Shown here: positions 1 through 6,712 of the stretch, piece by piece
Position numbering within the stretch: the stretch's first letter is position 1
Layout of the letters: each line of letters opens with the position of its first letter
Source: an uncultured Coriobacteriales bacterium
GTDB lineage: Bacteria; Actinomycetota; Coriobacteriia; Coriobacteriales; UMGS124
Direction: 5' to 3'
Assembly: GCA_903789505.1 (NCBI GenBank)
Contig: CAIFEU010000014.1
Span: 3,253 to 27,252 of the forward strand
Length of the DNA: 24,000 nt
Notes under the pieces: model-generated
What the model was told of the DNA's origin: nothing
The model's database searches: none
The model's input: only the letters and a program-made list of their open reading frames with translations
Translations under genes and position numbers: made by a program

Positions 1-501
1 CCGAGCGTCTTCGAGCAGATGCCGCTGGGCCAGCTGTGGGGCGCGCTGTTCTTCGTGTTCATGAGCTTCGCCGCCCTGTCGACCGTCATCGCGGTGTTCG
101 AGAACCTGATCAGCTTCGTCATGGAGAAGTGGGACCTGTCGCGGCGCGCCTCGGTCGTGCGCGTGGGCATCCTGATCGCGCTGCTGAGCCTGCCGTGCGC
201 GCTGGGGTTCAACGTGTGGAGCGGCGTGCAGCTGCCCGGCATCGGCGACATCCAGTCGATCGAGGACTTCGTCGTCTCCAACAACCTGCTGCCGCTGGGT
301 AGCCTTGCCTACGTGATTTTCTGCACGACCAGGCTCGGCTGGGGTTGGAAGGGGTACCTCGCCGAGGCCAACACGGGCGTCGGCGTCAAGGTGCCCGCCT
401 GGGCGCGCGGCTGGTTCACGTTCGGGATTCCGGTGCTGATCGTCTGCATCCTGGTGATGGGCTATGTGCCCAAGATCATGGCGTGGGCCGGCATGGCGTA
501 G
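1..501 (+). CDS. Sodium-dependent transporter, neurotransmitter:sodium symporter (NSS/SNF) family, C-terminal part (5' end outside window)
   Basis: Frame 1 is open from base 1 (PSVFEQ precedes the listed Met at 19). The block MPLGQLWGALFFVFMSFAALSTVIAVFENLISF is the conserved NSS core pattern and is followed by further hydrophobic helices. Stop is TAG at 499-501. Confidence 0.8.
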   Translation, partial: PSVFEQMPLGQLWGALFFVFMSFAALSTVIAVFENLISFVMEKWDLSRRASVVRVGILIALLSLPCALGFNVWSGVQLPGIGDIQSIEDFVVSNNLLPLGSLAYVIFCTTRLGWGWKGYLAEANTGVGVKVPAWARGWFTFGIPVLIVCILVMGYVPKIMAWAGMA

Positions 502-584
502 CCTGAGCGGCGCGCGGCAGGCGCGCCGGGCGCGCGGTAAACGCGCGGCTCTGTGATGGCGCGCTGCTGATGAGAGAAGAAGAC

Positions 585-845
585 GGGGGCGCCGGGCGCC
601 GCGTGCGGCCCGCCCGGCGCCCCCCGTGTTGTCAGGCGCCCCTGCGGGGCGGTCGGGCGGGGCGCCGGGGCCCGGCGGGGGTGGGTGGGGCGGTGGCTAG
701 TCACCTCCTTCCGGGGGGGGCGGGGGGGGGGGGCGCCCGCCCCCCCCCCGCCCCCCGTTGTTGCCAGGCGCCCGTGCGGGGAGGTCGGTCGGGGCGCCGG
801 GACCCGTGAGGGGAGTGTCGGGCGCCTGTCAGGCGCGCGGCCGGC
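585..845. repeat. Tandem ~130-bp intergenic repeat (2 units), each a strong G/C hairpin followed by a conserved ~50-nt block
   Basis: Unit 1 has a perfect 14-bp stem, GGGGGCGCCGGGCG (585-598) with CGCCCGGCGCCCCC (611-624), then block 621-670 CCCCCGTGTTGTCAGGCGCCCCTGCGGGGCGGTCGGGCGGGGCGCCGGGG. Unit 2 has G8-C-G12 (713-733) facing C10-G-C6 (740-756), then block 752-802 CCCCCGTTGTTGCCAGGCGCCCGTGCGGGGAGGTCGGTCGGGGCGCCGGGA. The repeat lies between convergent genes. Confidence 0.7.
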
Positions 846-913
846 GGCACCCCTTGTGCTGCCCCGCAATCGAACTCGGCCGGGCGCAGCCCCTCGCCTC
901 CGACATGCCCGTG

Positions 914-2062
914 CTACCTCGTCGACGACGAGGCGGCCTTGTCGGCATCCGCGCTGGAGTGGGAGACGGCTGCCTGGGCGGATGCCTTGGCCTTGCTCAC
1001 CGCGGAGTCCTTCTTGGCGGACGCGGGCCCGTCGGCAGTGCCGTCGTCGACGACGACGCGGAACACCATCTGCTCCTCGGCGGAGTCGCTGTAGTCGTCA
1101 GAGGCGTAGGAGGTGTCCGAGGCGCTCGCCGCGTCGCTGACGACCAGCGCGCCGGTGTCGTCGATCGTTGCGGTCAGCGTGCCGTCGGGGAACGCGAGCG
1201 TCGCGGTGCCGTCGGGGTTCTCCTGCCAGGTCCCGTCCTCGGACTGGGTCTCGCCGAAGAACGAGATCGTGTAGGAGCACGTCCCGTCCTCGTCGAGGAC
1301 GAGGCTGCCGCTGGCGCTCGCGTCGTCACGCTGGTCGACGGTGCCGTCGGTCGCCGTCAGGGCAGTGAGCATGGCAATCGGGAACTCGACGCCCTCGGAG
1401 CGCATGGCGGTCAGCGTCCACTCGTACGCGAAGCCGTCGGGGTCGCTCAGGTAGCTGGTGGTGTCGGCGCCCCGCGGCGTGAACAGGCCCGCCTCGACGT
1501 CCGCCTTGGGCGCGAGAGTGATGATGCCGCCGTCGGAGTCCGCCAGGATGAGCGTGCCGTCGTCGGCGAACGCGGCGTACCCGTTGTCGTCGAGCACGAC
1601 GCCCTCGCCGTCGGAGTACCAGGTGCCGGTTTCCTCGGTCTCGCCGCCGCCCGCGAACATCTCGTCGAGCTGGCTCTCGCTCACCATCGAGGACCCCATC
1701 GAGAGCGTGTAGGTGCCGTCGGGCTCGAACTCGACGTCCATCGTGAAGCCCATCGAGAAGAACATGGAGATGGCGAGCTCCGCGTTCTGTGCCTCCGTCT
1801 CGGAGGACACGGCGGACTCGTCGAACGACATGTCGATCATCTGCCACTCGCCGATGACCTGCTGGGCGATGGCGTCGGTCGTGCTGCCCGCGGAGGCCGT
1901 GGGCGACGTCGTCGAGGACGTGATGCCTACGCTCGAGGCGGTGGCGGCGAGCGCCGGCGTGCAGGCGATGCCCGTCCCGGCGAGCGCGAGGCCGAGCGAG
2001 GCGACGACGGCGAGCGAGCGAAGGCGGGGTCTGCTTGCGGTGATGTGGGAGCCGTTTGGCAT
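914..2062 (-). CDS. Secreted (possibly lipid-anchored) protein with two lipocalin-like modules, paralog A
   Basis: I place the start at the internal ATG 2060-2062, preceded by SD AAAGGAA (revcomp of 2068-2074) with a 5-nt spacer; the listed ORF start at 2233 is an upstream extension. The N-terminus MPNGSHITASRPRLRSLAVVASLGLALAGTGIACTPALAAT is a signal peptide with a Cys and an ALA cleavage-type motif. An S/T-rich linker follows. Two G-x-W...DGT repeated modules (IGEWQM..., YEWTLT...DGTWQENPDGTATLAFPDGTLTATIDD) resemble lipocalin-like/DUF domains, and the C-terminal tail is acidic. Confidence 0.8.
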   Translation of the reverse strand: MPNGSHITASRPRLRSLAVVASLGLALAGTGIACTPALAATASSVGITSSTTSPTASAGSTTDAIAQQVIGEWQMIDMSFDESAVSSETEAQNAELAISMFFSMGFTMDVEFEPDGTYTLSMGSSMVSESQLDEMFAGGGETEETGTWYSDGEGVVLDDNGYAAFADDGTLILADSDGGIITLAPKADVEAGLFTPRGADTTSYLSDPDGFAYEWTLTAMRSEGVEFPIAMLTALTATDGTVDQRDDASASGSLVLDEDGTCSYTISFFGETQSEDGTWQENPDGTATLAFPDGTLTATIDDTGALVVSDAASASDTSYASDDYSDSAEEQMVFRVVVDDGTADGPASAKKDSAVSKAKASAQAAVSHSSADADKAASSSTR

Positions 2063-2400
2063 GGCGGTTCCTTTCTCTGCGGAGGTGTCACCGGCAACAG
2101 CGGGGGCGGGGGCTGGGATGCCGGGCGCCCCGGGGGCCGGCCTGCGTCGACCGCGCCGGCGGGCGGCGTGGCGTCCCGCTGGCGGGCGTCGCTGAAGCCG
2201 GCCTGCAAGTGCGAGGGCACCGCCAGTATACATGGGACGGTCACGGGCCGGATGCCGCCGCTCACGAAAGAGCGCCGCGCCCGGCGAGCGGCTGCCGGGC
2301 GCGGCGCTGGACGCCTGCGGGGGCGCGGAGATGCGGGGACCTCGCGCGATGCCTTGAACGAGGCCCTTGCGCGAGGCGGTCTCCGAGGCGCGCTCGCCCC

Positions 2401-3576
2401 CTACTTGGCGGAGGCAGCCGAGGCAGCCTTGTCGGCGTCAGCGCCGGAGTGGGACGCCGCCGCCTTGGTCGCGTCCGCCTTGGCCTTGCCGGCAGCGGAG
2501 TCCGCGCCGGAGGACTTGTCGGCCGCGGCGCTGTCGACGACGACGTGGAAGACCATCTGCTCGTCGGAGGAGCCCGCCAGGTCTGCCGCGGCGCTCGCGG
2601 AGTCGGCGGCGGAGGAGGACGCGGCAGCGCCGGTCGCGTCGCTGACGACCAGCGCACCGGCGTCGTCGATCGTGGCGGTCAGCGTACCGTCAGGGAACGT
2701 GAGCGTCGCGGTGCCGTCGGCGTTCTCCTTCCAGGTCCCGTCCTCGGACTCGCTCTCGCCCGAGAGCGAGAGGGCGTAGGTGCAGGTGCCGTCGTCCCTG
2801 AGGACGAGGCTGCCGCCGACCTCGACGGACAAGGCCTGCGAGGGGTCGGTGGCCATCGCGGCGACGAGCGTGTCGAGGGGGATCTCGATGCCGCTGGAGC
2901 GGATGCCCGTCAGCGTCCACTCGTACGCGAAGCCGTCGGGGTCGCTCAGGTAGTTGGCGGCGACGTTGGCGCCGAACGGTGTGAACAGGCCGGCCTCGAT
3001 GTCGGCCTCGCTCGCGAACTCGATGACCGTCCCGTCGGGGGACGCCAGCGAGATGGTGCCGTCGTCGGCGAAGGCGACGTACGCCTGGTCGTCCAGGACG
3101 ACCCCCTCGCCGTCGGAGTACCAGGTGCCGCTCTGCGTGGTGTCCTCGGTCATGCCCATGTCGGCGAGCTGGCTCGCGCTCAGCGTCGAGGACCCCACCG
3201 AGACCGTGTAGGTGCCGTCGGCCTCGAAGTCCAGGTCGATGGTGATGCCCATCGAGGAGACCAGCGCCATGCCGAGCTGCGCGCTGTCGGCCGCCTCGGA
3301 CGACACGCCGGACGACTCGTCGAACGACATGCCGATCATCTGCCACTTGCCGATCACCTGCTGGGCGACGGCGTCGGTCGTGCTGCCCGTGGTGGCGGCG
3401 GTCGACGTGGTCGCCGCGGTGGACGTCGACGTGGTGGTGGACGCAGTGCCCGACGCGGTGGATGCCAGGGCCGGCGTGCAGGTCACGCTCGCCCCTGCCA
3501 GCGCGAGGCCGAGCGAGGCGACGACAGCGAGCGAGCGGAAGCGGGTGCTGCGCGTGCTGGAGGAGCTGTTCGACAT
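2401..3576 (-). CDS. Secreted (possibly lipid-anchored) protein with two lipocalin-like modules, paralog B
   Basis: Start is the internal ATG 3574-3576 with SD AAAGGA (revcomp of 3583-3588). The signal peptide is MSNSSSSTRSTRFRSLAVVASLGLALAGASVTCTPALAST. Long blocks are identical to paralog A: GTWYSDGEGVVLDD, YLSDPDGFAYEWTLT, FPDGTLTATIDD-GALVVSDA. Confidence 0.8.
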   Translation of the reverse strand: MSNSSSSTRSTRFRSLAVVASLGLALAGASVTCTPALASTASGTASTTTSTSTAATTSTAATTGSTTDAVAQQVIGKWQMIGMSFDESSGVSSEAADSAQLGMALVSSMGITIDLDFEADGTYTVSVGSSTLSASQLADMGMTEDTTQSGTWYSDGEGVVLDDQAYVAFADDGTISLASPDGTVIEFASEADIEAGLFTPFGANVAANYLSDPDGFAYEWTLTGIRSSGIEIPLDTLVAAMATDPSQALSVEVGGSLVLRDDGTCTYALSLSGESESEDGTWKENADGTATLTFPDGTLTATIDDAGALVVSDATGAAASSSAADSASAAADLAGSSDEQMVFHVVVDSAAADKSSGADSAAGKAKADATKAAASHSGADADKAASAASAK

Positions 3577-4077
3577 AGCGTGTCCTTTCTCGGAGGGAGT
3601 GCCATCGGCCGCGGGCGGGGCGCGAGCGCGCAAACGACACGCGGCGCGCCGGGTGGCCCTGCGTGGGCGACGCCACTCGGTGCGACCGCCGTCGATACCT
3701 GCCAGTTTGGCCGACGGCTTCGCCTCGAGTATATATGACCCATGGATGTACTACGCCAGACTCACGCCGTTCGTCGTCGAAGGGGAGCCATTCGGGGCAG
3801 CCGACGGTCCGTCAGGGGCAGGCGGTAGGGGTGATTTCGGCGACCGTGCGCGTGGGATCCCTCATGAGGCCGGGAATGTGGAGGACATGCGGAGGACGCG
3901 GGCAAGTGGGACGCCGTCCGCGCGCCCGACGGGACGTGCGCGCCCATATCTCGCGCATGCGCCGGGCGCATGACGACATGACGACGAAGAATTGTACTTG
4001 TCGCTGCCGCGCCGCCATCATCTTGTCGTGAGACGAGACGAGAGGCGTCGCATCGCGGCGCGGGAAGGCGGGGTCGC

Positions 4078-4956
4078 ATGGGCGGCAGGGACGTCGAGCT
4101 TGAGGAGTCGGGGACCGTTCTCGGGAAGGAGGGCGGCGCGTCCGGTCTGAGCAGGCGCGCCCTGCTGGCGGGCCTTGCGGGCCTGGTCGCGGCGCTGGCG
4201 GGAACGGCACTTGCCGGATGCTCCGGCGCGGCGTCGAGCGCCGGCGCGGCGGGCGTCCCCGCGACGTCGGCGTCGGCATCGTCGGGTGCGTCCGCGGGCG
4301 GTAACACCAAGCTCGCAGCCGCGTCCGCGGCGTCGTCGGGGGCGGACTCGATCGCGAGCTCCCTCAGGGGGACAGGCGCGGCGGTCGTGTACTTCTCGAT
4401 GCCGCTCACCTCGGCGCCCGACCTGGACGTGGAGAGCGGCGCGAGCGTGCTCGTGCGCGGCGACGGCTCCATGGTGGGCCTCAACCAGATGGTTGCCGAG
4501 TACGTGAGCCAGCAGACCGGCGCCGACCTGATCCGCATCGTTGCGCAGGACGGGTGGTATCCCACCGACACGCCCGAAGACCTGATCGACTTCGCCCAGC
4601 AGGAGCAGGACGACGACGGGCGGCCGCCCTACACGCTGCAGGCGCCCGACGGCAGCGAGATGGGTTCGCTGGCGGGCTACGACACGCTCTACATCGGCTA
4701 CCCCATCTGGTGGTACGAGCTCCCGATGATCATGGACACGTTCTTCGAGAGCGAGGACCTGTCCGGCAAGACTATCCACATGTTCGTCGTGCATGGCGGC
4801 AGCGGCCTCTCGGGGACGCCGGCGGACATCGAGCGGATGCAGCCCGGCGCGTCCGTCGACGAGAACGGGCTGTCCATCAATCGCGCCGTCGTGGGAAGCG
4901 AGGGCGAGAGCGACGCCCATAGCTGGCTCGTGGGCATGGGGGCAATCGATGAGTAG
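4078..4956 (+). CDS. Exported flavodoxin-like lipoprotein (Tat signal + lipobox; flavodoxin_4-like core)
   Basis: ATG 4078 follows the purine-rich GGGAAGGCGGGG. The twin-arginine motif LSRRALLAGL is followed by the canonical lipobox LAGC and an A/S-rich linker. The core has VVYFSMP and LYIGYPIWWYELPMIMDTFFES...TIHMFVVHGGSG, which is typical of the short flavodoxin family. Confidence 0.8.
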   Translation: MGGRDVELEESGTVLGKEGGASGLSRRALLAGLAGLVAALAGTALAGCSGAASSAGAAGVPATSASASSGASAGGNTKLAAASAASSGADSIASSLRGTGAAVVYFSMPLTSAPDLDVESGASVLVRGDGSMVGLNQMVAEYVSQQTGADLIRIVAQDGWYPTDTPEDLIDFAQQEQDDDGRPPYTLQAPDGSEMGSLAGYDTLYIGYPIWWYELPMIMDTFFESEDLSGKTIHMFVVHGGSGLSGTPADIERMQPGASVDENGLSINRAVVGSEGESDAHSWLVGMGAIDE

Positions 4957-5860
4957 GGCGGCGGCGCCTCCGACGACGCCTGCGGCAGCGGCCCTGGCCG
5001 AGGCGGCGGGCGGCAGCGTCGCGGGCGATGCCGACGCGCGGCCACGCGCGGCTTCAGTCTCCGCCCCGCGGCGTTCCGGCGCCCGCGGGGGCGTCGTCGT
5101 GCGCCGCACGAGGACGGCAATCGACGCGGCGATGGTGGTCCTGCTGCTGCTCCAGATGGGGCGGCAGCTGATGCCGAGCGCCGTGCACGAGGCGTGCGGG
5201 ATTGCCCTGGGCGCACTCGCGGTGGCCCACGTCGTGCTGAACCGCCGCTGGTTCAGGGGGCTGGCGCGGGGCAGGTGGGACGCCGCCCGCGCGCTGCGCA
5301 CCGTCATCGACGCTGCCTGCATCGCGATTCTGCTCGCCATGGTCGCGAGCGGGCTGGGGGCGAGCGGGTTTCTGCGTGATGTCGTCCCCGCCGTGGGACG
5401 CCCCTCGATGTACCGGGGCGCGCACATGACGTTCGTCTACCTGGCGCTGATCGTGTTCTCGCTCCCGCGCGGGCCCCCCGGGCCGCCCACGGCCGCGCGC
5501 GCCCGCGCGGCGCGCGGGGCCGGCCGGGGCCGCGCCCGCGCGCGGGACGCCGACGCCCGGGCGGCGGCAGGCGTGCGAGGGGCGGCCCGCCGCGATGCCC
5601 GAGGCAATCTCCCTCTTGCCGCGCGCGTGGCGTCGCGCGTCGCTGTCGCGTCGCTCTGCGCGGTCGGCGCCTATGAGCTTGTGAACCTGCAGCTCATCCC
5701 CTACATCACGCATGCCGTGAGGTTCGCCTTCATCGACACGAGCACGCCCCTGGTGCCCTACCTCGCTCAGTATGCCTCCGTCATGGTGCTGTTCGCGACG
5801 CTGGGGCGCTGCCTCGACGGGCTGCTGACGCGCCTTGCGCGGCGCCGCCGGAGGGCGTGA
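4949..5860 (+). CDS. Polytopic membrane protein, DUF4405-like (His-containing, putative cytochrome-b-type)
   Basis: ATG 4949 overlaps the flavodoxin stop (ATGAGTAG, 8-nt overlap), suggesting translational coupling. The signature HEACGIALGALAVAHVVLNRRWF is present, with further membrane-embedded His in AHMTFVYLAL and ITHAVRF. The ORF-track start at 4793 lies inside the upstream gene. Confidence 0.65.
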   Translation: MSRAAAPPTTPAAAALAEAAGGSVAGDADARPRAASVSAPRRSGARGGVVVRRTRTAIDAAMVVLLLLQMGRQLMPSAVHEACGIALGALAVAHVVLNRRWFRGLARGRWDAARALRTVIDAACIAILLAMVASGLGASGFLRDVVPAVGRPSMYRGAHMTFVYLALIVFSLPRGPPGPPTAARARAARGAGRGRARARDADARAAAGVRGAARRDARGNLPLAARVASRVAVASLCAVGAYELVNLQLIPYITHAVRFAFIDTSTPLVPYLAQYASVMVLFATLGRCLDGLLTRLARRRRRA

Positions 5861-6000
5861 CGGTTGGGTTCGTTGCTGATATCCGGTCGCTGGAGTGCTA
5901 CCGCTTCCACAATTCCTTTGAGGAGGCTTTTCTCACGTAACTTGCTATATACATAAATCAGAATGCCTTTCTGCTGAAGAGCTATTGAGCATATTAGACA

Positions 6001-6030
6001 GCGCCTAATATCACGGCGCTTAATATCAAG
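6001..6030 (+). promoter_or_regulatory. Tandem 15-bp direct repeat in an AT-rich island upstream of the LuxR-type regulator; candidate promoter/operator
   Basis: GCGCCTAATATCACG (6001-6015) is immediately followed by GCGCTTAATATCAAG (6016-6030), 13/15 identical. Each copy carries a TAATAT -10-like hexamer. TTGAGC at 5985-5990 lies 15 nt upstream of the first. Confidence 0.4.
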
Positions 6031-6127
6031 CTTGAACATCTCGCATCGTGGCTGAAGTGCCCAGCGGTCCCTCCCGCCGAGGCGGCTCCCGACGACGCGG
6101 GACTACTCACCAGGCAGGAGGCTGTCC

Positions 6128-6712
6128 ATGCAAGAGAGCGTCGACGCGAGCGACCGCGACGGGGGAGCGCCCGTCGTGTTCCCGATGCGCCTGGTGGGAA
6201 TCTGTCTGCTGCTCGTATGGGACTGGGGCATACACGATGCGTCGACCCTGCGCCTGGTGGGAGGGGTGGCGGAGAATGCGCTCGACGTGTCGGGCGTCTC
6301 GGCGGTCTCCTACGTGGTGGCGAAGTGCCTCACGCTCGTCGTCCTTGCCCTGATGTTCAGGCGGCTCTGCCCGCTCTCGCGCCGTCGCGGCGTCATCGCG
6401 TGCGGCCTCACGGCGTTCCTGACGTCGACCGCGCTGCTGGTCCTGGTGGTGAACGCCGACCTGCTCGGTTGGGCTGCGGCGGACGCCTCCGCGCTAGCAT
6501 CGGACGTCGAGCGCGGGCTGCTCGTCGTGGCGGGCGCGCTGGGCGGATTCGGTTACGCGGTCGTGCTGCTCGTCTGGGCGGAGGTCTATGGCCGGCTGGG
6601 GATAGGACGCGTGCTGCTCTTCGGCGGAATCTCGTTTGTCGTCGGCCCGGTTTGTTACCTGTTCATCCGCGCGATGGAGGACCCGCGCAGCTCTTGGCGA
6701 TGTGTCTGGTGA
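6128..6712 (+). CDS. Membrane-spanning LuxR-type regulator, N-terminal sensor fragment (gene appears split by a frameshift)
   Basis: ATG 6128 is preceded by AGGAGG (6115-6120). The fragment encodes about five hydrophobic helices and ends at TGA 6710-6712, while the protein logically continues in frame 1. Confidence 0.6.
   Translation: MQESVDASDRDGGAPVVFPMRLVGICLLLVWDWGIHDASTLRLVGGVAENALDVSGVSAVSYVVAKCLTLVVLALMFRRLCPLSRRRGVIACGLTAFLTSTALLVLVVNADLLGWAAADASALASDVERGLLVVAGALGGFGYAVVLLVWAEVYGRLGIGRVLLFGGISFVVGPVCYLFIRAMEDPRSSWRCVW

Noticed and set aside
771-781. Shared 11-mer CCCGTGCGGGG between the 585-845 repeat and repeat copy A (15344-15354), suggesting one repeat family
   Set aside because: An 11-mer of almost pure G/C is expected by chance in DNA this GC-rich. 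The flanks do not align convincingly, so I keep the two repeat types separate.
462-1140. ORFs 462-869(-), 570-809(+) and 685-1140(+) across the G/C tracts, and the possibility of a CRISPR array
   Set aside because: The translations are poly-Pro, poly-Gly and poly-Arg strings generated by the homopolymer hairpins. There are only two repeats, ~130 bp apart, with similar rather than unique intervening sequence, and no cas genes are present, so this is not CRISPR.
758-3738. Long plus-strand ORFs 758-2779 (673 aa) and 2056-3738 (560 aa)
   Set aside because: They run antisense to the two lipocalin-like genes. Their translations are Arg/Gly/Ala/Val low-complexity with no recognisable motif, which is typical of open antisense frames in high-GC DNA. 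The minus-strand products have signal peptides, SD sites and a paralog relationship.
3762-5427. Minus-strand ORFs 3762-4571, 3812-4279, 4018-5427 and 4698-5216
   Set aside because: They are antisense to the flavodoxin and DUF4405-like genes or lie in the divergent spacer. Their composition is R/P/A-rich, and they have no motifs and no SD.
5767-6039. 90-aa minus-strand ORF starting in the AT-rich island (MFKLDIKRRDIRRCLICS...)
   Set aside because: Its 3' third overlaps the end of the DUF4405-like gene on the opposite strand. It has no SD and no recognisable family. A small protein cannot be excluded, but there is no positive support.
6217-6690. N-terminal 155 codons of track ORF 6217-7665
   Set aside because: This part overlaps the frame-2 TM-rich ORF and translates to R/G/P-rich sequence. 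Only the portion from ~6685 onward looks like real protein.
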